Below are positions 1 to 11,498 of a stretch of 64,000 nucleotides of DNA, in pieces; the stretch's first letter is position 1, and the number at the start of each line of letters is the position of its first letter. Origin of the DNA: Cetorhinus maximus. Lineage: Eukaryota. The notes under the pieces were generated by a model that had not been told where the DNA came from, did no database searches, and saw only the letters and a program-made list of their open reading frames with translations. The DNA lies in assembly GCF_964194155.1 (NCBI RefSeq), contig NC_135891.1:61876001-61940000 (forward strand). The letters are read 5' to 3'. Both the position numbers and the translations under genes were made by a program.

Positions 1-509
1 TATTAATGGTCATGGGGAGCAAGCAGAGGGATGGGATTACACCAGTCAGTTCATGTGCAGGAAAGATGGCCTGAGTGGCATCTTTCTGTGCCGCGTCTGG
101 TTCCATGACATGTGTAAAATCTGAACCTCATTCCCTAAAACTGCAATGCTGACAATGTTATAAAGGCAAATGTATTTTAATACAGGCCTTGTGCTGCTCG
201 CTAAAGTGAGGGATGATCATGAGGGGGCAAAGGAACACTTTGACCCTTTTTGTATCCTGTGTCAGTGTCTCAGGTAAGGTGCAGGATGGGTGGGGCTGTA
301 TTGCTTGAGATTTTATTTCAGAATAAGATTCCTGGGAATTTTTGTAGGGTTGAATGGGAGAAGATTGCAGAGGTTTAGGTGAAAATAAGAAGGAAAAATT
401 CTCACATGTCTAAAAAGATGCTGTGCAGCACATTTTTAACATTCATTCTTCATATGTGCAATCAGCATTCTGGTCAATATTTATACCTCAACTACCGGCA
501 CAATCAATT

Positions 510-905
510 AAGGCCTAGCTTGGCTCAGTTAGGAGCACTCTCACCTTTGAGTCAGAGGTGAAAGGGGTCAAGCTCCAGCTCCATGGCTTGAGTATGTAAT
601 TCTAGTGCAGCACCAATGAAGTGCTGCATTGTTGGAAGTGCTGTCCTTCACAAGGGATACTAAATTGAGATCAAGTCTGCCTGTTACACTGGTTTCAAAA
701 GGCATTAAAGATACCATGACATTCTTTGAAGAACTGGGAGTTCTCCTGGTATCCCGCACAAAATTGCTCTATCACCCAAAAGGAAACACAAAACTAACTG
801 GGTATTGCTGTATGTGGGATCTTACTGTATGCAAAATGCCACTGCAGTTTCCTAAATAACAACCACTGCATTCCAAAAATTAGTTCAGCAATTTGAGACG
901 CTTCT
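510..905 (+). mobile_element. tRNA-headed Deu-domain SINE (SacSINE1/AmnSINE-like), diverged
   Basis: A-box-like tggctcagttagg, Deu-domain-like blocks (gataccatgacattctttgaagaa; tgtgggatcttactgt) and an L2-like tail. About 10 related copies in the window. Confidence 0.75.
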
Positions 906-994
906 GATGTACTGGTGTCAGAAAGCCACTGATCTTTCTTCATTCAAGTTTAGCCAAGAAAAGGTAAAAATCTAGCTAAATGTAGGAACGAAAG

Positions 995-1430
995 AAAGAC
1001 TTACATTTATGTAGTTCCTTTCACAGCCATTCGATATATCAATGATTTATAGTCAATTGAGTACTTTTGAAGCCTAGTCCCTGTTGCCATGCAGCAAATA
1101 TGCGAACAGCAAACTCCCACATACAGCAAGTGATAATGATCAGGTAATCACTTTTTGTCATGTTGATTTAGGGATAAATATTGGTTAGAATGCTGGGGAT
1201 AACTCCCCTGCTCTTCTTTGAAATAGTGCCATGGGGTTTTTTACATGGAGACAGATGGGGACTCATTTTAACATCTCATCCAAACAACAGCACCTCAATG
1301 AGTGCAGTGCCCCTCGGTGCTGGAGTGTCAGCTTTGATTTTTGTTCTCGTGCCCTGGAGCAGGACATGAACCTGGAACCTTGTGACTTAGGTACAAGAGA
1401 GTTACGCACTGAGTTAAGGCTGACACTTTG
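995..1430 (-). mobile_element. Deu-domain SINE
   Basis: Reverse complement of the same family: ctcttctttgaaatagtgccatggg, tttaacatctcatcc, B-box-like tgaacc. Confidence 0.8.
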
Positions 1431-1599
1431 GCGGTGGTGTGTTAGGGAATCAGCCACCTATTTGACATCACATCCAATTTTCTTTACCATTGATGTCAAT
1501 CGAAAACAGTAATTGGGTGCGGTTTTGCACTACTGGTGAAGGCCAAATTCAATCAACAAGGCCATCACACAAGGACCAATACATGAAATAGGCTACCAA

Positions 1600-2019
1600 G
1601 GAGTCTGTACAAGTGAAGAATGTTTATATGTTAAGAAGCTGATAAAACATGGCAAAGGTTTGCACAATAAATGGGAAGACACTGAGAGATGTAGAGAAAA
1701 TGAGGGACTTTGGAGTGAATGTCCACAGATCCCTGAAGGTAGCAAGAAAGGTTGATAAGGTGGTTAAGAAGGCACATGGAATCCTTTCATTTTTTAGCCA
1801 AAACATATGATATAAGAGCAAGGAGGTTATGCTGGAACTATATAAAACATTAGTTAGGCCACCAGTTGAGTACAATCACCTCATTCCAGAAAGGATATCA
1901 TTGCATTAGAGAGGGTACAGAGATTTGCGATGTTACTACGACTGGAAAATTGCAGCTATGAGGAAAGAATGGATAGGCTGGGGTTGTTCTCCTTGGAACA
2001 GAGGAAGCTGAGGAAAGAT
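1600..2019 (+). mobile_element. CR1 (HER1-like) LINE 3' part, left segment, interrupted by the Penelope insertion
   Basis: Decayed ORF2 C-terminal motifs (RDFGVNVHRSLK, YKTLVRP, DRLGLFSLEQRKLR). Sequence resumes at 5412. Confidence 0.85.
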
Positions 2020-2114
2020 TTAAGCAAAAAACTGTGGATGCTGGAAATCTAAAACAAAAACAAAAATACCTGGAAAAACTCAGCAGGTCTGGCAGCATCT
2101 GCGGATAGGAGCAC

Positions 2115-2154
2115 AGTTAATGTTTCGAGTCCAAAAGACCCTTCAACAGAACTA
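2115..2154 (-). ncRNA. minimal hammerhead ribozyme motif of the Penelope terminal region (variant core CUGUUGA)
   Basis: Reverse complement reads agtt-CTGTTGA-a-gggtc-ttttg-gactc-GAAA-catt-aact. Confidence 0.65.
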
Positions 2155-2535
2155 AGTAAAAATAGAAGAGAGATGAAATATAAGCTGGTATAAGTGGGGG
2201 GGTGGTGGGGGGGGGGGCGGTGGTGACAAGAAGAGCTGGATAGAGGGCCAGTGATAGGTAGAGATAAACAATAGGTGTCACAGACAAAAAGTCAAAAGGA
2301 ATCTAAAGGAATGTGCTAATTGTAGAAAGCAGGACGAGCAAAGTGCAGATAGCCCTAGTGGGGGTGGGGTGGGGGGAAGGGATCGAAATAGGCTAAAAGG
2401 TAGAGATAAAACAATGGATGGAAATACACTTAAAAATAATGGAAGTAGGTGGGAAAAGAAAAATCTATATAAATTATTAGAAAAAACAAAAAGGAGGGGG
2501 AAAATCGGAAAGGGGGTGGGGATGGAGGAGAGAGT

Positions 2536-3756
2536 TCATGATCTTAAATTGTTGAACTCAATATTCAGTCCGGAAGGCTGTAAAGTGCCTAGTCGGAAGA
2601 TAAGGTGCTGTTCCTCCAGTTTGCTTTGAGCTTCACTGGAACAATGCAGCAAGCCAAGGACAGACATGTGGGCATGAGAGCAGGGTGGAGTGCTGAAATG
2701 GCAAGCGACAGGGAGGTCTGGGTAATGCTTGCGGACAGACCGAAGGTGTTCTGCAAAGTGGTCACCCAGTCTGCGTTTGGTCTCTCCAATGTAGAGGAAA
2801 CCGCATGGGGAGCAACAAATGAAGTAGACTAAGTTGAGGGAAGTGTAAGTGAAAAACTGCTTCACTTGAAAGGAGTGTTTGGGCCCTTGGACGGTGAAGA
2901 GAGGGGAAGTAAGGGGCCAGGTGTAGCACCTTCTGCGGTTGCATGGGAAGGGGCCGTGGGAAGGGGTTGAGGTGTAGGGGGTGATGGAGGAGTGGACCAG
3001 TGTGTCCCGGAGGGAACAATCCCTGCGGAATGCCACCGGGGGGGTGAAGGGAAGATGTGTTTGGTGGTGGCATCATGCTGGAGTTGGCGGAAATGGCGGA
3101 GGATGATCCTTTGAATGCGGAGGCTGGTGGGGTGATAAGTGAGGACAAGGGGGACCCTATCATGTTTCAGGGAGGGAGAAGAAGGTGTGAGGGCGGATGC
3201 GTGGGAGATGAGCCGGACACGGTTGAGGGCCCTGTCAACCACCGTGGGTGGAAAACCTCGGTTAAGGAAGAAGGAGGACATGTCAGAGGAACTGTTTTTG
3301 AAAGTGGCATCATCAGAACAGATGCGACGGAGGTGAAGGAATTGAGAGAATGGGATGGAGTCCTTACAGGAAGCAGGGTGTGAGGAGCTGTAGTTGTGGT
3401 AGCTGTGGGAGTCAGTAGGCTTGTAATGGATATTGGTGGACAGTCTATCACCAGAAATTGAGACAGAGAGGTCAAGGAAGGGAAGGGAAGTGTCAGAGAT
3501 GGACCATGTGACAATGATGGAGGGGTAGAAATTGGAAGCAAAATTAATAAATTTTTCCAGGTCCAGACTAGAGCATGAAGCAGTACCGAAGTAATCATCG
3601 ATGTACCGGAGAAAGAGTTGTGGGAGGGGGCCGGAGTAGGACTGGAACAAGGAATGTTCCACATACCCAATAAAGAGACAGGCATAGCTGAGGCCCATGC
3701 AGGTACCCATAGCCACACCTTTTATTTGGAGGAAGTGAGAGGAGTTTAAGGAGAAA
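2536..3756 (-). pseudogene. Penelope RT C-terminal half, Cys linker and GIY-YIG endonuclease (left arm, one frameshift)
   Basis: GVAMG, RYIDD, FLDL, HYKPTDSHSY, CNRRRC, LVY..C..C...YIGETKRRL..H...H, LQPSGLNIEF in ORFs 2862-3716 and 2536-3036. Confidence 0.95.
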
Positions 3757-4940
3757 AGGTGTGGCTATGGGTACCCGCATGGGCCCCAGCTATGCCTGTC
3801 TCTTTATGGGGTATGTGGAACATTCCTTGTTCCAGTCCTACTCCGGCCCTCTCCCACAACTCTTTCTCCATTACATCGATGATTACTTCGGTACTGCTTC
3901 ATGCTCTCGTCTGGACCTGGAAAAATTTATTAATTTTGCTTCCAATTTCCACCCCTCCATCATTTTCACATGGTCCATCTCTGACACTTCCCTTCCATTC
4001 CTTGACCTCTCTGTCTCAATTTCTGGTGATAGACTGTCCACCAATATTCATTACAAGCTTACCGACTCCCACAGCTACCTCGACTACAGCTCCTCACACC
4101 CCGCTTCCTGTAAGGACTCCATCCCATTCTCTCAGTTCCTTCGCCTCCGTCGCATCTGTTCTGATGATGCCACTTTCAAAAACAGTTCCTCTGACATGTC
4201 CTCCTTCTTCCTTGACCGAGGTTTTCCACCCACAGTGGTTGACAGGGCCCTCAACCGGGTCCGGCCCATCTCCCGCGCATCCGCTCTCACACCTTCTTCT
4301 CCCTCCCAGAAACATGATAAGGTCCCCCTTGTCCTCACTTATCACCCCACCAGCCTCCACATTCAAAGGATCATCCTCCGCCATTTCCGCCAACTCCAGC
4401 ATGATGCCACCACCAAACACATCTTCCCTTCACAAACCCGGCGGCATTCCGCAGGGATCGTTCCCTCCGGGACACCCTGGTCCACTCCTCCATCACCCCT
4501 ACACCTCAACCCCCTCCCACGGCCCCTTCCCATGCAACCGCAGAAGGTGCTACACCTGGCCCTTTACTTCCCCTCTCCTCACCGTCCAAGGGCCCAAACA
4601 TTCCTTTCAAGTGAAGCAGCATTTCACTTGCACTTCCCTCAACTTAGTCTACTGCATTCGTTGCTCCCAATGCGGTTTCCTCTACATTGGAGAGACCAAA
4701 CGCAGACTGGGTGACCACTTTGCAGAACACCTTCGGTCTGTCCGCAAGCATTACCCAGACCTCCCTGTCGCTTGCCATTTCAGCACTCCACCCTGCTCTC
4801 ATGCCCACATGTCCATCCTTGGCTTGCTGCATTGTTCCAGTGAAGCTCAACGCAAACTGGAGGAACAGCACCTTATCTTCCGACTAGGCACTTTACAGCC
4901 TTCCGGGCTGAATATTAAGTTCAACAATTTTAGGTCATGA
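3754..4940 (+). pseudogene. Penelope RT C-terminal half and GIY-YIG endonuclease (right arm, two frameshifts)
   Basis: GVAMGTRMGPSYA, YIDD, VYCIRCSQCGFLYIGETKRRL, LQPSGLN in ORFs 3761-4714 and 3759-4940. Confidence 0.95.
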
Positions 4941-5313
4941 ACTCTCTCCTCCATCTCCACCCCCTTTCCGATTTTCCCCCTCCTTTTTGTTTTTTCCAAT
5001 AATTTATATAGATTTTTCTTTTTCCACCTACTTCCATTATTTTTAAGTGTATTTCCATCCATTGTTTTATCTCTACCTTTTAACTTATTTGATCCCTTCC
5101 CCCCACCCCACCCCCACTCGGTCCTGCTTTCTACCCTTAATTAACACATTCCTTTAGATAATATTACCACCTTCAACACCTCTTTGACTTTTTGTCTGTG
5201 ACACCTTTTGGTTATCTCCATCTATCACTGGCCCTCTATCCAGCTCTTCTTGTCCCACCCACCCCACCCCCCCTTATACCAGCTTATATTTCATCTCTCT
5301 TCTATTTTTACTT

Positions 5314-5352
5314 AGTTCTGTTGAAGGGTCATTCGGACTCGAAACGTTAACT
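5314..5352 (+). ncRNA. minimal hammerhead ribozyme motif (variant core CUGUUGA)
   Basis: agtt-CTGTTGA-a-gggtc-attcg-gactc-GAAA-cgtt-aact: stem I agtt/aact, stem II gggtc/gactc, palindromic ACGT stem III. Penelope elements are known to carry such motifs. Confidence 0.7.
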
Positions 5353-5411
5353 GTGCTCCTGTCTGCAGATGCTGCCAGACCTGCTGAGTTTTTCCAGGTA
5401 TTTTTGTTTTT

Positions 5412-5790
5412 GCTGAGGAAAGATCTGATTGAGATGTACAAAATTGTGTGGGGCCTGGATAGAGTGGATGGGAAGAGCCTATTTAGTTTAGCAGAGAGGT
5501 CAGTGTATAGGGGCATAGGTTTAAAGTGATTGGTAGAAAGATTAGAGGGGTATGAGGAAAATCTTTTTCACCCAGAGGGTTGTTGGGGTCTAGGACTGAA
5601 AGGGTAATAGAAGCAGAAACTCATTGAAAAGGTGTGTGAATGTGTACCTCAAGTGCCGTAACCTGCAGGGCTATGGACCAAATGCTGGAAAGTGGGATTA
5701 AGCTGGTTGGCTTGTTTTCAACTGATGCAGACACGATGGGCCAAGTGGCCCCTTTCTATGCTGTAAACCTTATATGATTCTATGATGTTG
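5412..5790 (+). mobile_element. CR1 (HER1-like) LINE 3' end, right segment
   Basis: Continues LRKDLIEMYKI, then FFTQRVV, and ends in the tail gggccaagtggcccctttctatgctgtaa...gattctatgat. Confidence 0.85.
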
Positions 5791-5799
5791 TGATTCCAT

Positions 5800-5916
5800 G
5801 GACAGAATTTTACCCCAGTGGCGTTTTACGATCCTGCCGAAGTGAATGGAATGTAGAATGGCTCGGCGCATTTTACGGCCCCCTCCTGAACAGGATGGGG
5901 CCATAAAGTTCTGGCC
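5800..5916. mobile_element. Harbinger-type MITE, 117 bp
   Basis: Terminal inverted repeats (TIRs) GGACAGAATTTTA / TAAAGTTCTGGCC with CAT on both sides. Core aagtgaatgga is shared with 48584-48710. Confidence 0.8.
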
Positions 5917-6714
5917 CATGAATAGATTGACTAGAGACAGAGGGGTAAGAGAGATAGAGTAGAGAGTTGGTGTCCCCTGGGACTGGCCCCAAAGGTAATA
6001 AAAAGAGCATTTCTACTCTTGTTCTTGGTGGAGTGAATGATTAGTAAGGCGTGACTAGTGACATAACCATGGTTACCTCAAGCTTGCTCACCTTAGGGGA
6101 TTGAGGAAGAATTTCCCAGAGTTTTTCCTGAAATTACGAGCAGCATCAAACTGACCTTCTTGAGTCCTTAGAGTCCTGGGGGGGTTAAATTAATCGACAG
6201 ATCAGCACAAAATGGGGTTGTAGCAAATCGACAGTCAATTATTCACAGCATGCGACCTCCTTTCAAACAAAGCTCACACTGTCGGAGTCTCATTTCCTAG
6301 CCTCTCTGTTGCTTGTACTCAGAATGAAATTAAAAATCATGGTAAGGTTTTCGAGCTCAGTGGGATAAACTAGTGCTGATTCACAGGCTGCTGATTCACT
6401 ACAAGCCTGTTTCACTCAGCTGTCATAAGCCAAGTTCACCCCCTGCCCAAGTCTTTGTGTTGATGGATATCAGCCAGCCTATGCTCATCCTATCAGTGTG
6501 ATCTTGTGCATCACTCTTCCCAATTATCAGGTGACTCCTTGGGGAATTATAGCTGCTCCAAGTGGTGTTTCCAGCAGCTAATCCACCTGTCTCTGAGAAC
6601 CTGGAGTCAATTCAGATTACCTGCCTTTGACTCCTTTAAAATACCACTTACTCAGCACTCATCAAACAGAGCAGCTTTACAGGCTCAGGCATGTCCACAG
6701 GCATGGAAGACGGT

Positions 6715-7090
6715 TGCATACCCCAGGGATTTCTATATGGTGAGGAAGCCAGAGCCACTTGATCAATAGGGAGACCAAAGCTCAACTTCAAGGGTGCTTG
6801 CAAGCATGACATGTAGGTCCCAAACATTAATTATTGCATCTGGGAGTCGCTAGCTGACAACAGAGGAAAATGGCGACATTATCAGCATGATGACCAGTGG
6901 CTACAGCAGCTTGGCAACAAGTGCCAATGCCGAAAACAACAACCCACAAGGACACCTGGTAACTTCATGTGTGGCACTTGTGGCAGAACCTGCCTTTCGA
7001 GGATTGGCCTCTTCCATCAACAAAGGTATGCCATATGAGGCACTCCGTCTAAAATGAATTGTTTACTGTGTGCCTATGAAAGGATGCTAA
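6715..7090 (+). mobile_element. RTE-clade LINE 3' fragment
   Basis: Translates to LYGE...GRPKL.FK..CK.DM...WESLADNRGKWR...FMCGTCGRTCLSRIGL (C-terminal zinc finger). Confidence 0.8.
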
Positions 7091-8354
7091 CAACACAGAA
7101 AATACACAAGCATATTCCATCTCTTGGCACCACGTTCTGTAACATCTTACAGCTTCCTCCATTGACGTGGAACTGCTGCCGCAGGCATTCTACACTCAGA
7201 GTGGGCTGGCTTTCGTACTTTGTGAAAGACACCAGCGAGTGACTTAACTGGCCTTGAAAACGTCAGCCCAAAAGTGACCACAAAGGACTTCACATCTTTC
7301 TACCCTTTAGTCAAGGTTGCTGAATTTGTACTAAATTAGATAAGATGTGCTGGCCAATTAATTCAGAGCAGATCTGGCTTAACATTGCATATTTCCGTGT
7401 GTATGAGATGAATCATGCTGAATGCTGTCACTTGCTCATCAGATCACATTATACAAGTGTCATCATTGCAAAGACTCATTCACTGTTCAAGGTCGATGGG
7501 AACAAATGATTTGCACAAACTAGAGCTGGCTCCTTCGCCATAATATCACAGGGCTGCACGTGTGGGCCAACACAAAGCATCCTGAGATTTGCCAAAACCC
7601 AATGCTTGACAGAATGTTGCTCTACATACATTCAACCAGCCCACTGTAATTCAGCTAGACACGGGCACATTGTATTGCCTGCTTTATGAAAGGTTTCTCC
7701 TGCAGGAAGTCACCAGAGGACTCTTCAGCTCAATTCATAAGTGGCACCGGATCTTTACACATGGACAAACTCATTGACGATATTCATGAGCTAGTTTCTC
7801 ATTCTTCTTGCCATGCTCCAGAGAAGGTGGCTGTATTGTTCTGCTTGTTCAGAAGTTCATTCTCAGTCTTCTGTTTAGTACACTAACTGCTCGTATGGTT
7901 TTCTGGGGTAGTAAAATCCTTTCTCTCCTCTACATCCATCATCATCGTCACTGGCTAGGACATTTCATTGACTGCTACAAGGTAATTGTTCTCTTCTTAG
8001 CTGTACTATTGCAACAACCCTCAAGCTTATCCAGATGCTCTACAATGTTGTAAATACCCAAAGGATTCAAAATTTTAAAGATGTATCCTTCTGCTTATCA
8101 AGTTACCATGTAAACCACACTATCAAATTATAGCTGCAACTATTCCCACAGCCTCAGAATCATTGGATCTGGAGATGGGAAGAGGGAGGGAGTTGATTTT
8201 TAAGATGAGAAAGACCAAGTAATGGTTTCCCATAAGTCATGCCGTACTTAACATCAGGGTCTCCCTGAAATTATATAAACAGATATCCCTCCCAACAGTC
8301 AGAAAGGTTGACTCTCTGTGGCACTGAAAATTAGTCCGGGAATGAATGTCAGAT

Positions 8355-9620
8355 GAGTCGGATATTTTAGGGGCCAGGTTGGATATTCAAGTTCAACCAA
8401 TCATGGGGTTCCAATCACCTGCTCATAAGCTTGCTGGGCCTGGTGGAAACACTCCAGCTCCTCTTGGCCCACAAGCAGCGCTGTAAAGGCATTTGCCTTA
8501 TGAATCTGGCAGTTCTCACCTCCTATTATCTTCTGGACTTCTTGAGGTCTGGGAAACCCTGCCTCCTTGTGTTAAAAATAAACATCATGCTAAAATTGAG
8601 GCTTGCAGCCTCTTTAAAAGATTTAGTAATCCAAACGGTGCCTGAGAGTTAAAACTGGAAGCCAACCAGATAGAGGCAGAGGGTTGGTGTCAGGCTCAGG
8701 GAATTTAAAATATATACCACCCCGCCTGCCCATTAAGTTTCCCTCATTAACTTCCAAGTCTGCAAGCTGACTAAAGAAAGACTAAAGCAACTGGAAACTC
8801 TCACATCATTAAGGCGATGGTCCAATGCTCAGGTCCAAATTGTCAACTTTGCAGCAGGAATTCTAAGTTGGACCGTTTCCCTATGTCGCAATCAAACCTT
8901 CTACCTGGCAGTGCCCACCCATGCTATTTTCATGGTGGGTTGGCAGGGGCAGGCTGAAGCCACAGCCGCTACCTCCAGAAGAGGGGGGGAGGCAGAAACA
9001 GAGGTGGGCACATGCTAAGGGGGCAAATTAAAAGGCCACCTCAGTTCCCTGGTACATTGGCTCAGGTCGGTAACTGAGTGTGAGGCCCCCTACACCTCAC
9101 TCCCTACCTTCTTGCCCCCTCATAACTGCCTCACACATCCATGCCCCCTCCATACCCCTTCCTTATTTGCCTCCATACCTCCACTCCCACCTACCCATCA
9201 CCCATACCTCCTCAATCCCATGCCCACTCACCTAGTATCCATTATGTACAGAGCTCTTGAGCCCTATAATAACATTGGAAAGTCATTGAGATGGTCATGA
9301 AACTGTCAAAATAAGCAAATTAATTCAAAAGCGACTTCAAAAAACAATCACCTAGGGAGCTCATAAAACTGTCAATAAAAACACAGCTCACAGTCCCTTC
9401 AACAGTTGTATTAGTGGGGTTTGGAGCTCAGCAAAACACTCCTAATGAGATTCCATTGCACAATTGTGTAAGCAAAAGTCTAGAGTTGAGTACATTAAAA
9501 CCTTTGAAGACTGAAAAGATAGCTATCTGTTCCATTGCTTCAAAGGCTCAACAGATCGCTGGACTGTCAATCAATATAAAAACCAAAGTACAGGGTCCAA
9601 TTGACACATTAAAATCTGAA
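8355..9620. mobile_element. old non-autonomous DNA element resembling 26575-28349
   Basis: ggatattttagggg resembles the TIR at 28349. Shared aaactgt..aa..cagc blocks and a C-rich patch. Ends not resolved. Confidence 0.4.
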
Positions 9621-9689
9621 TCTCAATACTTTTGAATGCAGAAGAACACTTTACCCACTGGATAAAGTACTACAAACATACACACATAC

Positions 9690-10005
9690 AAACTAGGAGC
9701 AGGAGAAGGCCATTTGGCCCCTTGACCCTGCTCCACCATTCAATAAGATCATGGCTGATCAGATTATGGCCTCAGCTCCACTTTCCTTCCTACCCCCTGC
9801 ACCCTTTGACTCCATTGTTAATCAATAATTTATCTAACTCAGTCGTAAGAATATTCAATGACCCTGCCTCCACCGCACTCTGGGGAAGGGAATTCCACAG
9901 GCTCACAACCCTTTAAGAGAAAAAAACTTCTCCTCTTAAATAGGAGAACCCTTATTTTAAACTGTGTGCCCCAGTTCTAGTCTCTCCCACGAGGGGAAAC
10001 AACCT
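9690..10005 (-). mobile_element. CR1 (HER1-like) LINE 3' end
   Basis: taggagcaggagaaggccatttggccc tail; ggaattccacaggctcacaaccct (reverse: RVVSLWNS). Confidence 0.85.
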
Positions 10006-10779
10006 AATGTGTGACTTACTTAAATTATCATACAGCATCTAATTTTGATATGTGAAGTTTGGAACACATTTTAAACTTACCTGTCAAAAGGTTCCCAATT
10101 CCAAAAGAGGCTTCCCCCATAGCTCACGGCTCCTCTGACCTGGCACAAACCATGTTGCCTTTAGAAGCTTTCCAAAGGTGACCCAACTTCGTACAATTTG
10201 TGTGGGTTATGAAATCTCCAACCCCCACAATGGAGCCTCTACCGTCAGGGTTGCTGAGCACATAATCACACCTGCACCCTTTCCTGCACCTTTGAAAATA
10301 GAAGAGAATGGGATTGGGGTCAGGAATCCTGGAATCGGGACCCCCCATCCCCAGGCTCTATCTCCCTCCAGTCAACACAGGTATGTCCTGTGCTGGGACA
10401 GCAAAATCCAGACCTCAGTGTTCATCTATTGTAGAACTGAAACAATCAGGCACAAATAGACCATGTATCAATAGTGAACTGCCCAACAGAACAATACAGC
10501 ATGAGAAACAGTGGTCCTTCAAACTGGACTTCGTTCACTACAAGGTAGAGCTCCATCCTGACTCTATGTTGGGCCCTGGAGATACAAAATGCCTAAATAA
10601 TTTTAGCCACAGAAGACTTCAAAAATGTTAAAGATAAAGGTTTGGGACAGTATTTACAGGTACCTAGAAGAGAGCATTCGTGACTGTATTTGATCCCAAC
10701 CACAGTGATTGACACCTGAAAAGTAGCATTTCAAACAATGGTACTGTTTTGCGGTTCATCTTGCAGCCTAATCTATACC

Positions 10780-11016
10780 GGGAATAATCTATACTATCCC
10801 TCTCCTCATGACTGACTCAGGTCTGACTCAGGTAAGTTTCTTCAAAACTACTTTATTTACACCATATACATTATAAGCTACTAGGTAAGTACTTCTCTCT
10901 TGTGTGCAGATTATTCCATCTTTCCAACAGTCTTTAGCACATGACTGATGATATCACTGTTACATCATGGTACACATCACTACCTCATTACCATAATGAT
11001 TAACCCATTATGCTAT
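10780..11016 (-). mobile_element. possible solo LTR
   Basis: LTR-like composition with aataaa on the minus strand and a duplicated ctgactcaggt. No TSD found. Confidence 0.35.
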
Positions 11017-11498
11017 AGAGGCTGCCCATGGGCTGAAGTCAAGATGAAATTCTATGACTGATGTAACAGCAGGAACCTGCTGTGCAAGGTGGATGACCAA
11101 TCACAATTCTGCAAAGCTGACACAGTGGCAACAACCACTGCTAAGGCAGACACTGGAAGCTAAAGATAAGGGCATGAATTTTTAGCGTGGCCCCGGAGTG
11201 TGTTCGGCAGATGTGAAATCCACTTCCACCCGTTATCAGCTCCCAACTTCGATTTGATGTTGGCTGGCCAATTAACTGCCGGCCAGGGTGAAACGTGCAT
11301 GGAGACACGCTCTGCATTACTGGTGGGTTGGGAAGATGGTGGGCACTGGGACCAATGAGGGTGCAAGTGGGGGCTTTAAAAGCTGCTAGGGAGCTCCCTG
11401 AAGGCTGGCAGTAGGTACTCAGGAGCCTCAGGGAGCTGCATTGACATTCTATGGGTTTTGCTGCATCAGGAAGGCATTCTGGTCTTACTGTCAGCATT

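Larger units (their letters stand above)
2020..5411. mobile_element. Penelope-like element (Neptune-type), head-to-head inverted pair of 5'-truncated copies inside one 13-bp TSD
   Basis: GCTGAGGAAAGAT at 2007-2019 and 5412-5424. Arms ~2020-3756 (-) and ~3754-5411 (+) are reverse complements encoding RT plus GIY-YIG. Confidence 0.95.

Noticed and set aside
3759-4940. 393-aa ORF as a novel Ser/Pro-rich GIY-YIG fusion protein
   Set aside because: It is an alternative frame of the C/T-rich RT strand brought into the endonuclease frame by two deletions; the left arm does not keep it.
2020-5411. Palindrome as an assembly or chimeric-read artefact
   Set aside because: The arms differ by many substitutions and reciprocal indels, and a TSD plus a cleanly split CR1 bracket the structure.
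10080-10289. Minus-strand exon with strong acceptor and donor
   Set aside because: Stops in all three frames, and the donor context tttaaacttacc matches the repeat motif at ~25822 and ~62198. A non-coding exon cannot be excluded.
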